Shown here: positions 18,092 through 27,148 of the stretch, piece by piece
Layout of the letters: the number at the start of each line of letters is the position of its first letter
How positions within the stretch are numbered: the stretch's first letter is position 1
From: a virus
DNA: 64,000 bases
Virus record (IMG/VR): IMGVR_UViG_3300048687_000113
Location: 32,001 to 96,000 of that record
Strand: one strand, 5' to 3'
Program-made: the position numbers and the translations under genes
The notes under the pieces: generated by a model
What the model saw: only the letters and a program-made list of their open reading frames with translations
Told to the model about the DNA's origin: nothing
Database searches by the model: none

Positions 18092-18517
18092 ATGGGTTCG
18101 GTAGACCAGCTCCACAGGATGCTCGGTGAGGTCAACCGGTTGGAGGGTTACGACCCGAGAGCGCCGAAGCTGCCGGCGGTGCCTGCGCACTGCCGCCGGC
18201 ACGGGACACCCTACTCGCCGCAGGACACCATCAACGGGCTGTTGTGCTGCGCCTCGTGCCTGGCGGAGTCGGATCTGAAGCGGTACGAGGAGTCGAAGCA
18301 TGAGCGAGACGGTGATGAGCTGGGAGGCGGCGCGGAGGCTGCTGAAGCGGGACCCGGAGGCGGTGGTGTCGAGCCTGTCGTGGGCGCAGCCGGGCAAATG
18401 CATTTTCAGAGCCAAGGCGTTCGTGGTGGTGCCGGCGGCGGCGATCACCAAGGAGGAGCCGGTGGGCGCGATGCCGATCAGCGAGCAGGAGAGCATTCCG
18501 GCGCTGTGGTTCCGTGA
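18092..18517 (+). CDS. Hypothetical Cys-containing protein (C-terminal part may be a spurious overlap)
   Basis: AGGAGG RBS; CRRH..CCASC. Confidence 0.5.
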   Translation: MGSVDQLHRMLGEVNRLEGYDPRAPKLPAVPAHCRRHGTPYSPQDTINGLLCCASCLAESDLKRYEESKHERDGDELGGGAEAAEAGPGGGGVEPVVGAAGQMHFQSQGVRGGAGGGDHQGGAGGRDADQRAGEHSGAVVP

Positions 18518-18608
18518 CCAGGCGGGGCGGGTGGGCCCGTATGCCGGTTCGGCGTTCGGGGATGAGCGTGATGACTGGGTGGTGGGGCCGTCGGTCGGCG
18601 ATTCCTGA
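18300..18608 (+). CDS. Hypothetical protein
   Basis: GAGGAG RBS; ends before terminator. Confidence 0.6.
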   Translation: MSETVMSWEAARRLLKRDPEAVVSSLSWAQPGKCIFRAKAFVVVPAAAITKEEPVGAMPISEQESIPALWFRDQAGRVGPYAGSAFGDERDDWVVGPSVGDS

Positions 18609-18638
18609 CGCGGTGCGGGCCGCAGCCTCTTTTGTGCT

Positions 18639-18702
18639 GGCCCCGCAGGTGTGTCGTCCTCCCCCGGCCGGCACGCCTGCGGGGTCTTTTTGTGTCTTTT
18701 TT
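18639..18702 (+). terminator. Rho-independent terminator
   Basis: CCCCGCAGGTGTG/CACGCCTGCGGGG stem + T-tracts. Confidence 0.7.
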
Positions 18703-18746
18703 CGCGGTGGGACGATTGCGGTCAAATGCCTTGTAAGGAGACCGGT

Positions 18747-19640
18747 ATGGCCGTGACGAGTTCCGCGACGTTGTCCGCTGGTGAAGTGCCGGCCGAGGTT
18801 TCGGTGGAGGTTGTTTCCGATACGAGCGTTCGGGTCTCCTGGACGAGTGCGGAGGACCCGCTGGGCTTTGTCGTGGCGTGGTCGGTCGCCGGCGCGGAAG
18901 CCTGGACGGAGCGGCAGGTGTCGGGGGGCGCGCGGAGCCTGGTGGCGACGGGGCTGCGGCCGGGGACGGGGTACGTGTTCCGGGTGCAGTCCGAGTCGGT
19001 CTGGAGTACGGAGGCCGGCGCGGAGACGACGGGCTCGACGCTCGGGGCGCCCACGCTGCTCGTGGGCGACATCCTGGACCGCAACGCGAGTGTGAGTGTG
19101 CTGTCCCCATTCCTGGTGAGCCAGGCGCGTGTCGTCGAGGCGCAGGTGCGGGACACCCGGACGGACAGTCCCTGGTATTCCGTCTCGGATGTGCCGTGGA
19201 ATCTGGCGGCGGTGGGTCTGTATGAGACGGGGTTCGGGCTGAAGGGGCTGTCGACGGGAACCACGTATGCGGTGCGGGCCCGGGTCACGGCCGGCGAGGT
19301 GGTGTCGGAGTGGTCGCCGGAGACGCGGTTCACGACGACTGGGACCAGGAGTGGGAAGCCGAGCCTGTCGGTGGTGGCGGACTCGGCGACGTACAGCTCG
19401 GTGAAGCTGACGTGGGGGACGTCGCTGAAGGCGACGGTGCGGATTCACCGGTGGGTCAGGTCGACGTCGCCGGGCTCTCCGTTCCTGTCGCAGCAGGTCG
19501 GGTATTCCACGGACCTGGCGGGGACATTCACGGACTCGGGTCTGTCCCAGGGGACGGACTATTGGTACACGGTCGAGTGGGTGCGGGATTCGCGGACGAT
19601 CAGTGTTTCGAATCCTGTTGCTGTACGAACGCGGGGCTAG
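18747..19640 (+). CDS. Fibronectin type III repeat protein
   Basis: SVRVSW...GLRPGTGYVFRV, GLSTGTTYAVRAR, GLSQGTDYWYTV: three FN3-like domains; AAGGAG RBS. Confidence 0.8.
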   Translation: MAVTSSATLSAGEVPAEVSVEVVSDTSVRVSWTSAEDPLGFVVAWSVAGAEAWTERQVSGGARSLVATGLRPGTGYVFRVQSESVWSTEAGAETTGSTLGAPTLLVGDILDRNASVSVLSPFLVSQARVVEAQVRDTRTDSPWYSVSDVPWNLAAVGLYETGFGLKGLSTGTTYAVRARVTAGEVVSEWSPETRFTTTGTRSGKPSLSVVADSATYSSVKLTWGTSLKATVRIHRWVRSTSPGSPFLSQQVGYSTDLAGTFTDSGLSQGTDYWYTVEWVRDSRTISVSNPVAVRTRG

Positions 19641-19973
19641 GGGAGGCTGGTTCGGGGCGGGTGCCGCACTGTTATTCAGGTGATGGGGATAACGGACGCG
19701 AAGCGCCTGGACTTTCACCTCGCGGATAAGGCATGTGCCCGCGTAGAAACTGTGCTGTATTCGTGAAGAAATACGGCAGACGACAGTTGCCGGTGATACC
19801 TGGTGGGGCGTATGAGTGTTCGCCAGCAATCACGAACCCAGGCCATACCCCTTACCGGGGGTGACCGTACTGCCGAGTAGTCTCGCTATTCGGGACACCA
19901 TCTCCGGCATTTCGGATGCATTCACCGAGCGGCATATGCCGAGCACGCATCCACCCGGAGCACAAGGCCGCCG

Positions 19974-19989
19974 TCACTCATTCGAGTGA
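19974..19989. promoter_or_regulatory. Palindromic operator TCACTCATTCGAGTGA (BldM-box-like)
   Basis: 15/16 identical to 804-819; intergenic. Confidence 0.5.
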
Positions 19990-20206
19990 CAGGCCAACAA
20001 TTTTTCAATTCCGCCGTGACTGACCCCGGGGCGTGTGGGTTGATAGTTCTGCGGTGGACACGGCGGGCCCCCGAGCCTCTTCCATTTGCTCTCGGGGGCT
20101 TGCTGTCCGCCAAGGCCGGTCCGGCACAGAGGCCGCGCAGCAAACCCCCCCTGCCTGCGCCTGCCTCTGTGCCGGGCCCTTCCGTTTTGAAGGGAGAGAA
20201 ACTGTC

Positions 20207-20647
20207 GTGTCAGTTAGCGAGTTGGTCTCCGCCCCTACGGGTCCTTCACGGCTTTCTTTCGCATTCGGCCTGGACGGCAGGCCGGCTTCACGCCACGAAG
20301 CCGCTCATCTGCTCGCCGATATCGAGCACAGGACCCTGCATAAGACGGACCTCAGGCTGGCGACGGGCGATTGGGTCACCGTCCGCACGGTCTGCCTGGT
20401 CTTCGACCCGGACTTGCAGGCCGGCGAGCTGGTCTCTGCCGATTACCGGCCGCGTGTGTGGGGCACCGCCCTCTACACGCCGGCCCCGGAGAATGCGCTT
20501 CTGGAGGTGCTGTGCGGCTACGACGACGCGGACCAGGCCGTCGAGGAACACAAGCAGGCCCTGGCGATGGTCGCGGTGGGAGCCAACAGCCCTGGCAGGG
20601 AACCGAATTGGGCTGCTGGGCTGTCGTGGACGGGGCCGGGCCAGTGA
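20207..20647 (+). CDS. Hypothetical protein (paralog of 17012-17338)
   Basis: AAGGGAGAG RBS; DGRP...ADIEHR...VRT. Confidence 0.65.
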   Translation: MSVSELVSAPTGPSRLSFAFGLDGRPASRHEAAHLLADIEHRTLHKTDLRLATGDWVTVRTVCLVFDPDLQAGELVSADYRPRVWGTALYTPAPENALLEVLCGYDDADQAVEEHKQALAMVAVGANSPGREPNWAAGLSWTGPGQ

Positions 20648-20910
20648 CGCTGCCCACGCTGTTCGTGCCGCATGTGCCGGACGGCGACCAGGGCCTGGTC
20701 CTGCGAGTCAACGGTGTTGCGCCGGAACCGTGCGGGCGTCGCTGGTACGTCCTGACGATGGAGGGCGTCGCCTACCGCTTGCCCCGGGCGCTGTGGCCGT
20801 GGGCCATGGAGCTGGACGCGCAGATGCGCCGGCGCGAGCGGCGGATGCCGGCCTCGTTTGCTTTCCGCCGTACTGGCGAGACGCTCTCCGCCGAGTCGAT
20901 CTCGGCGTGA
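20644..20910 (+). CDS. Hypothetical protein (paralog of next gene)
   Basis: GTGA overlap; YRLPRALWPWAMELD. Confidence 0.6.
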   Translation: MTLPTLFVPHVPDGDQGLVLRVNGVAPEPCGRRWYVLTMEGVAYRLPRALWPWAMELDAQMRRRERRMPASFAFRRTGETLSAESISA

Positions 20911-20926
20911 GACGAGAGGAGATGGG

Positions 20927-21259
20927 ATGCAGACGCCTTTCACCGGCGCCAACCTTCAACGGCTGCTCGCCGAGGTGCGCGCCGCGCGGGAGTTCCGCAT
21001 CGACGAGGGCTACACGCGCCGACGAACGGAGCTGAAGGCGGTGTGGGCCGACGAGGCGACCGGCCTGGTGTGGATCGAGGCACACAACGGCACCTGGCGC
21101 CTGCCACGGGAGTTCCTGCCGTGGGCCCTGGAGGTCGACAGACGCGCGTATGCGGTCCTCGGGCACGGCGAGGTGTTCCCGTGCGGTGCGGTTTTCGAGC
21201 GAATACACAATGGCTCTTGGGAAGTGGAGATTTTCCCCGATGTACTCGCTGTTCGATGA
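20927..21259 (+). CDS. Hypothetical protein
   Basis: GAGGAG RBS; WRLPREFLPWALEVD. Confidence 0.65.
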   Translation: MQTPFTGANLQRLLAEVRAAREFRIDEGYTRRRTELKAVWADEATGLVWIEAHNGTWRLPREFLPWALEVDRRAYAVLGHGEVFPCGAVFERIHNGSWEVEIFPDVLAVR

Positions 21260-21263
21260 CGCA

Positions 21264-21301
21264 AGAATGCCGCACTCCAGGCACCCGGAGTGCGGCATTC
21301 T
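21264..21301. terminator. Bidirectional terminator hairpin between convergent genes
   Basis: AGAATGCCGCACTCC/GGAGTGCGGCATTCT 15-bp stem. Confidence 0.7.
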
Positions 21302-21546
21302 CATGCATGGACTTCCTCAATCCGCCAGCCAGTGTGGCACGTTGCGCGATCGGGGCCATCCGCCGTTCGAGGGAGGGCGCTGTCGATGTCCGCCGGCTGG
21401 TTGCTCCAGCGCCAGCGCGCCCCGTCCCACACGACGAGCTGGCCGTGGGACGGGCACACGCAGCACTGCCCCGGCTGGGTCTCGGGGTCCACGGCGAACA
21501 CGGCCAGGGCCTCGACGATGCAGCGGCATGCCGTCAGGCCGCTCAT
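21301..21546 (-). CDS. Small Cys-rich protein
   Basis: CRC...CCVCPSH; ATGA overlap. Confidence 0.55.
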   Translation of the reverse strand: MSGLTACRCIVEALAVFAVDPETQPGQCCVCPSHGQLVVWDGARWRWSNQPADIDSALPRTADGPDRATCHTGWRIEEVHA

Positions 21547-21896
21547 GCGGCCGGTTTCCCGTCGCAGGTCGCCTTCGTCCAGTGCCAGTAGCCGCACGGG
21601 CACAGCCGCATGCCGTGGGCGTCGTCCTGGAGCTGGTAGACGCACCGCACGCTCTCGCCGGCCGGCCACGGCGGACGGTGGTAGACGGCCCAGGCGCGAA
21701 GCGAGGCGCCGCAGCAGCGCATCCACCCCCCGCCCTTGGTCTGCGGGGGCGTGAAGGCGTCCGGGTCGGCGTCGAAGACCGCCTGAGCGGGATAGAAGTC
21801 GTGGCAGTCCCCGCAGTACCCGTACTCCATTTGGGTGGGGCTCAATTCATTGTTGCACTCGGGGCAAACGGCCCCGGTCTCGTGCCGTGAATCCAT
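21543..21896 (-). CDS. Zn-finger-like Cys-rich protein
   Basis: CPEC, CGDC, CC, CPC. Confidence 0.6.
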   Translation of the reverse strand: MDSRHETGAVCPECNNELSPTQMEYGYCGDCHDFYPAQAVFDADPDAFTPPQTKGGGWMRCCGASLRAWAVYHRPPWPAGESVRCVYQLQDDAHGMRLCPCGYWHWTKATCDGKPAA

Positions 21897-21909
21897 AGGG
21901 GGGACAGTA

Positions 21910-22410
21910 ATGGCTACGATGCCGATCATGCCGGAAGCAGTGAGTGTCGGAACTGACTGGCGTCTCCTCGGGTGCGCCTATGTTCAGTTCTTCGTCACCA
22001 AGGACAGGACCAACCAACGGCTCCTGGAATCACATCCCTTCGACCTCTCGGCGAGTGTCGGCCGACTGGCTTATGCCATCAGTGAGGAGGTGTTCTTCCC
22101 GAAAGTGTTCGGGGTCGAGACCGACAGTTCCTACCGTGCCGTCGAAAGCCTGCGCCACCACGATCCCGCCTTCGGTGCCGCGTGGCTGCGCCGGGCGCGT
22201 TACCGACGCCAGGGCTTGGGCCTTACCCTCGCACCAAAGCGCAGGTCACGGCACGTTGCGGCCGATATTGCCCGCATGCTGTGCGCCTCCTGGGCGCACG
22301 CCCACGACCCGCAGCAGCATGCGTTCCAGGTCTGCGACATCGTGCCGGTGATGCTCGATGAAATCCGCTCGGGGCTACGCCATTCGAGTGAGTACCCAAC
22401 AGATCCGTAA
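21910..22410 (+). CDS. Hypothetical protein
   Basis: ORF ~166 aa, start uncertain. Confidence 0.5.
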   Translation: MATMPIMPEAVSVGTDWRLLGCAYVQFFVTKDRTNQRLLESHPFDLSASVGRLAYAISEEVFFPKVFGVETDSSYRAVESLRHHDPAFGAAWLRRARYRRQGLGLTLAPKRRSRHVAADIARMLCASWAHAHDPQQHAFQVCDIVPVMLDEIRSGLRHSSEYPTDP

Positions 22411-22586
22411 CCGATCAGGAGGCCACGCGTTTATGGGTTTGTACGGTGTCTATCTGGGCGCCCGGCCTGCCCTCGTCGGCCGGTGTGCATCCCGGATACC
22501 TGTGCACGGGAGTCCCCTGGTGCCGCATCCACACAGGGGGCTCCCTTTTTTGCCTGCTTTGACGCCGAACAAGCGAAGGGAGTGCC

Positions 22587-22835
22587 ATGACTGAGAAAAT
22601 GCAAGTGCTCCAAGCACTGTCCCGTACAGCAGACGCCAATATGTGGGACATCTCCGAGTCTCTCGCCGTTCTGCCGGGCCGCGTCTTCGCCGCGCTCCAG
22701 GCGCTCATCCGGGAGGGGATGGTCACCAGTGACCGGCCGGCCGACGACCTCCGGTACGCGCTCACCGATGCCGGCCGCGACACCGTTGTCTCCTGGGAGC
22801 CGGCCCTGCGGCGCGAGGAGGCAAGCCGTGCCTGA
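22587..22835 (+). CDS. Small winged-helix DNA-binding protein
   Basis: AAGGGAG RBS; ALQALIREGMV...YALTDAG wHTH signature. Confidence 0.65.
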   Translation: MTEKMQVLQALSRTADANMWDISESLAVLPGRVFAALQALIREGMVTSDRPADDLRYALTDAGRDTVVSWEPALRREEASRA

Positions 22836-23250
22836 TGAACCCACCCTCGACCTGCGACCCGACCGGGCCGCCGAACTTCTTCAGAGCCTGATGGAAGTGC
22901 TCTACCTCTCCACGGCCTGCGCGCTGGGGCACCACTCCATGTGCCGGGGCGTGGAACCCTTCCGGGGCCTCGTGTGCTGCTGCCTCGACTGCGAGCACAC
23001 CGACGTCCACAGCACCGGGCCGACCTCGGCCGGCGTCCCCCTGCTGCACAAAGTACTCGCGGAGGAAGAGCGGCTCGACAGCCACAGCTACCTCGACGGC
23101 GACGATCTCGGGGTGCGCACCGACCTCGTCGAGGCCCTGGAGAAAGACCTCGAAGAGGCCGACCCACACACGAGCCCCGAGAAGCGCCGGCTGCTGGCCG
23201 TGCAGCTCGGAGTCACCGCGTGCCTCATCTTCGCCCCCAGGGGCCTTTGA
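22828..23250 (+). CDS. Hypothetical Cys/His-rich protein
   Basis: GAGGAGG RBS; YLSTAC..GHH..C...CCCLDCEH. Confidence 0.6.
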   Translation: MPDEPTLDLRPDRAAELLQSLMEVLYLSTACALGHHSMCRGVEPFRGLVCCCLDCEHTDVHSTGPTSAGVPLLHKVLAEEERLDSHSYLDGDDLGVRTDLVEALEKDLEEADPHTSPEKRRLLAVQLGVTACLIFAPRGL

Positions 23251-23397
23251 CACTCAGGGCTCCGCCGTTCGGGCGAGACAGAAACAGTTCCACAACTGCC
23301 GTGATTCCCCGGGAAATGCGCTTCGGAAGTGAGGCGCAGTCCTTTCACCCGTGCGGCCGTCCGTGTCGCCGGCAACAGTTGCTGGCTGCTCGTGACC

Positions 23398-23736
23398 ATG
23401 GGCGTCATGCACAGCGAGCTGGAATCCGGACTGACCGTGTACCGCGAGCGCGCCTATCTGCTGGGCGGCTATGTAGCCATGTTCGGCGGTGTGTTCTCCC
23501 ACACCGACCAACAGGCCCCCGACTACCCGGTCCTGTACGTCGAGACCCCGAAGGGCCAGGTCTCCTGGCACATCCACCCCGACGACCTGGATTGCTTCGA
23601 CGGGCTGAACATCCCCAGCATTGACGCCTACCCGTGGGACGGCCACTCCACGGAGGAGAAGTACTTGCGCGTCCAGGCGCTCAATCTACTGATCCCGAAA
23701 ATGACCTACGCACGCCCCCGTTACGGAAACCCGTAA
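23398..23736 (+). CDS. WDGH-motif phage protein
   Basis: TPKGQVSWHI...WDGHSTEEKY motif. Confidence 0.7.
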   Translation: MGVMHSELESGLTVYRERAYLLGGYVAMFGGVFSHTDQQAPDYPVLYVETPKGQVSWHIHPDDLDCFDGLNIPSIDAYPWDGHSTEEKYLRVQALNLLIPKMTYARPRYGNP

Positions 23737-23868
23737 CCCCCGAGCTGAGGCCCGCGTTCTGAGACATTCCCCGAGCCAGGACGCGGGCCTCACCCCAGCC
23801 ACGATTACCACGCACAATTTTGCGGCGGCCACCGTGGATTACACCCCACCCGAAACGAGGTGACCGTC

Positions 23869-24171
23869 ATGCCGCTCGTCAGGCGCCCCAATCCGTCGTG
23901 GCAGGCGTTCCAGGAGGTGCTCCCCGGCACCCCCACCGGCGGCCCTCGAAGCCAGCTCGCGGCCGGCTGGCCCACCGAGCTGCCCGACCCCCGGGCCGGC
24001 GCCACCCCCGCCCTCGAAGCCGCGTCCCTGCCGCGCCCCACCGCACAGCCCGGCACCACCCCGGTACGCGGCCGGCCCACCCGCTCCCAGCTCGGCCTCG
24101 GCGCCTCCCCCACCGGAGCGCCGGCCACCACCAACGGCCGCTCCAGCATCTTCTCCGCGCCCACCTACTGA
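23869..24171 (+). CDS. Pro/Gly-rich hypothetical protein
   Basis: GAGGTG RBS. Confidence 0.5.
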   Translation: MPLVRRPNPSWQAFQEVLPGTPTGGPRSQLAAGWPTELPDPRAGATPALEAASLPRPTAQPGTTPVRGRPTRSQLGLGASPTGAPATTNGRSSIFSAPTY

Positions 24172-24301
24172 CCCCGGAGGTCCCCATGTCCGCTGTGCTC
24201 GATGCCCTCGTATCCGTGTGCGCTCACGTCGGCGTACTCGTCGGCCTGTAGCCGCGCCGAAGCCGTCCGCCGGCGGGAAGGCGAAGTCCCGCAAGCGGTC
24301 A

Positions 24302-24351
24302 TGAGAACGGCCCGCTCCCCTTGATCACGTCAGGGGAGCGGGCCGTTCTCA
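24302..24351. terminator. Bidirectional terminator
   Basis: 20-bp perfect stem TGAGAACGGCCCGCTCCCCT. Confidence 0.75.
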
Positions 24352-24369
24352 GTCGGCTAGTTCAGATAC

Positions 24370-24615
24370 TCACTTCTTGGGGGTCAGGCCCTGCTGTCCG
24401 GCCTTCACACCTCCGCAGAAGGCCGTGTACTCGCCATCCGTCAGCCAGATCTTCTGGTCCTGGTTGATCGAGTGGCGCAGCACCCAGCCGCCATCGAGCT
24501 GTGCGACCTCCAGGCAGTCACCCGAGCCGCCACCACCGGAGAGTTCCGACTTGGTCCACTTGATTCCCGTGAGGTCCTGCGCCTGGAGGGCCTGGAGGGC
24601 TTGTTCCTTAGTCAC
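24370..24615 (-). CDS. DUF397 family protein (partner of WhiJ-like XRE)
   Basis: WTKSELSGGGGSGDCLEVA...LRHS...YTAFCGGVKAG. Confidence 0.88.
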   Translation of the reverse strand: MTKEQALQALQAQDLTGIKWTKSELSGGGGSGDCLEVAQLDGGWVLRHSINQDQKIWLTDGEYTAFCGGVKAGQQGLTPKK

Positions 24616-25486
24616 GCGACAACTCTTTTCTGACTGCACGAATTTGCTCCAACGATTCCAACGGTGAGAGAGACAACTCCTTGGATGATTCGAGGAGTCC
24701 TCGGATGCCCCGAACCTCCTTGGCTCTCTTCTCGAAGGACATCCCCGTCACGCCGTCGAACGCCGCGATCGGGCTCTCGCTTGCTCCACTGAACTCGAAC
24801 AAGTGAAAGAAGTAGGTCAGCGTCGCTTCCGCGCTGAAGGGGATGATGCGGACCTTCACGCCTCTGTCTGTGATGTCCGCGATTAGCGAGTCAAGCTGCT
24901 CCAGCATGGACGTCCTGCCGCCCACCTGTTGCAGCAGGGCCCCCTCTCCGATGATCGCTTCCACGGCAGGCGGCGTGCTCTTGTCGAACACGCGGCGCCG
25001 GTTCTTTCGCAGCTCGACGGATCGCTCAACCATCACGGTACTGAGCGAATCCTTGGAGAGGTGACTGGTGACCGCCCGACCGTAGTTGGGGGTCTGGAGG
25101 AGGCCGGGGATCAGGTTGCCGGCGCACGTGGTGATCGTCCGTGCCGCGTCCTCGTAGGCCACGAACGTGATGAGCGACTCCGGGAAATCCTCGTCGAACT
25201 CGGTCCACCAGGCGCTGGCGATCGACATGCCTTCGCGGCGCATCGTGGTCAGCGTGACGCGCGTCTCCGTGTCGAGCTGGAGGCACTTCACTATCGCCTT
25301 CCACTCGGCGTCGGTGGGCCACGTTTCGCCCCGTTCCATCCGGGAGTAGCGGTGGTAGCTCCTCTGTCCCATCGCCTGCGCGACGTGAAGCTGCTTCACT
25401 GTGCCGCCTGGTGCGGCGATGCGCGCCCTCTTCAGCTCGTCGCCGAACCGCTTCCTCGCGAACATCGCTGCTGTGTTGACGGCCAT
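24608..25486 (-). CDS. XRE-family HTH regulator with DUF5753 domain (WhiJ-like)
   Basis: RFGDELKRAR...SRMERG..P; IPGLLQTPNY; EGAL..QVGG...EQL. Confidence 0.9.
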   Translation of the reverse strand: MAVNTAAMFARKRFGDELKRARIAAPGGTVKQLHVAQAMGQRSYHRYSRMERGETWPTDAEWKAIVKCLQLDTETRVTLTTMRREGMSIASAWWTEFDEDFPESLITFVAYEDAARTITTCAGNLIPGLLQTPNYGRAVTSHLSKDSLSTVMVERSVELRKNRRRVFDKSTPPAVEAIIGEGALLQQVGGRTSMLEQLDSLIADITDRGVKVRIIPFSAEATLTYFFHLFEFSGASESPIAAFDGVTGMSFEKRAKEVRGIRGLLESSKELSLSPLESLEQIRAVRKELSRD

Positions 25487-25581
25487 CTCCACCCCTCCCT
25501 GAGCCCTGTCGGCGGTTGAGGGCAGCGTAACGCGGGGGCGCCCAATCACGGCACGTCCGAGGGGAATTCTGGCGATGGGGT

Positions 25582-25603
25582 TGCGTACGCAGTTACGTAC
25601 GCA
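25582..25603. promoter_or_regulatory. Operator TGCGTACGCA-GT-TACGTACGCA between divergent XRE and HATPase genes
   Basis: Third copy of the motif; overlaps TTGCGT-N18-CAGACT promoter-like sequence. Confidence 0.65.
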
Positions 25604-25691
25604 CCAGACTCGTCGTCACGCACCGGACGATCCACGTCGCGGTGTGTGACGAAGCTATGCGGCTGGCCGCAGCCGCGTGCCGGAGGCTGCC

Positions 25692-26096
25692 ATGCCCACA
25701 TTAGGGCAACTGCAAGGGCCGACATCCGTGTGCAGAACTTTCACCACAGCTCCGAACACCGTTGAAATGGCGCGGAGTTGGGCCTGGAAGCGATGCGCTG
25801 AGTTCGGCGTCTCTGAAGAACTAGTGGACACCTACAAGCTCCTCATCAGCGAGACCGCCACGAACGCGGTCACGCACAGCGGTGGCGAGGAGTACACCGT
25901 AGTGGTCTGTCCGGATGGCTGGATCGAAGTCTGGGACGACAGTCCGAAGTTGCCCAGGCAGAAACCGCATGACCTGGACTCACTGGGAGGCCGGGGCCTG
26001 GAGCTGCTGGAGCTTTTGGCCCCTGGTTACCTGGTAGTTGAGGACGCCAAGCGCGGCGGGAAGTGCGTGCGCTTCCTTCCGAAAGAGATCGCGTGA
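25692..26096 (+). CDS. HATPase_c / RsbW-like ATP-binding regulator (AbaA-like), TTA codon at position 4
   Basis: LLISETATNAVTHSG, EVWD, GGRGL, GGKCV; TTA at 25701-25703. Confidence 0.85.
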   Translation: MPTLGQLQGPTSVCRTFTTAPNTVEMARSWAWKRCAEFGVSEELVDTYKLLISETATNAVTHSGGEEYTVVVCPDGWIEVWDDSPKLPRQKPHDLDSLGGRGLELLELLAPGYLVVEDAKRGGKCVRFLPKEIA

Positions 26097-26581
26097 GCGT
26101 TCGCCTGACCGTCTTGGACGAGCGGACGCTGGACGGCGACCTGACCCCGGACCTTCCGGTTCGGCTGCACCTTCTGGGCCACTACTTGGCGCCGGTGGAC
26201 GGTGTCGAGGTCGCGGAGATCGAGGTCCGCCTGAACCCTGCGACCCTCACCGATCTCGTGGCCCAGGCGCGGGCGGCCCAGATGGATCTCGCACGACGTG
26301 CGCGCCGCGATGCGGACACGGTGGCCTTTGCCGCCCAAGTCGCTTTCGGCTCACGAACGTTGGCCCGCAACGACCCAGCCGTGCTTCAACGCGTCCATGA
26401 CGCGCTACAGGCCATACCGCACCAGGACTTGCCGGTACGGGGCGGCCCCCGGCCGGCGAGATCGCGAACGGGGAACCCACCGGGGGGTGCCGATCGCGAG
26501 TACGGCAGGGAGACACCGCGAACCTCCGAGCCGTACAAGCCGCCCTTGCCGCGCCGCCAGCTCGGCAAGGGCGGCCCATAA
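26093..26581 (+). CDS. Hypothetical protein
   Basis: GTGA overlap. Confidence 0.6.
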   Translation: MSVRLTVLDERTLDGDLTPDLPVRLHLLGHYLAPVDGVEVAEIEVRLNPATLTDLVAQARAAQMDLARRARRDADTVAFAAQVAFGSRTLARNDPAVLQRVHDALQAIPHQDLPVRGGPRPARSRTGNPPGGADREYGRETPRTSEPYKPPLPRRQLGKGGP

Positions 26582-26731
26582 CTGCGGCGGAGGGGACAAG
26601 GCGCGACAGGAGCGCCTCGGGCCGGCTGTCCGGGAGTGCGCCCCGGCCAGTCCCCCTCCGCCGCTCTGACGGGCCCGGCCGGTGCACTGCGCCGTACCGG
26701 CCGGGCCCTCCCATCGAGGAGACCTACCGCA

Positions 26732-26932
26732 ATGAGCAAGCTGACCGGCAGTTGCGTCACCGACATCTGCGCCCTGGCCAGCATTTTCGTCGTGACGATA
26801 TTCGTCGGCCTCTTCTCGATGATGCGCGCGGTAACGCGACACCCGTCGTGGTGTCCCTGCCACGCCGAGAACGACGAACTCGACTATCTGGAACCCGACT
26901 TCGGGGCTCCCTCCAAGCGCACCGCTCCGTAA
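26732..26932 (+). CDS. Small membrane protein
   Basis: GAGGAG RBS; one hydrophobic segment. Confidence 0.55.
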   Translation: MSKLTGSCVTDICALASIFVVTIFVGLFSMMRAVTRHPSWCPCHAENDELDYLEPDFGAPSKRTAP

Positions 26933-27148
26933 GGGCGGTGCTGCACAGCCCGCAGCCGGCCTTCACTGGGTCCGCTGCGGAAGCGTTGCGATGGCGGGGC
27001 CGGTGCCAAACTCCCCGCGTCCCGGCCCCGCCATCTCAACGGGAACGTCACTTCGGACAGAGGAGCTCCCCGTGAGACATTCCCTTGAGTTACCGGGGCG
27101 GGCGGCAGCCTGCTGCCGCCGTATAGCGGTGCCATTGGTGCGTGCGTC

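Noticed and set aside
15282-24171. cas genes next to the array
   Set aside because: No Cas1/2/3/5/6/7 motifs recognised; the neighbours are short hypothetical ORFs
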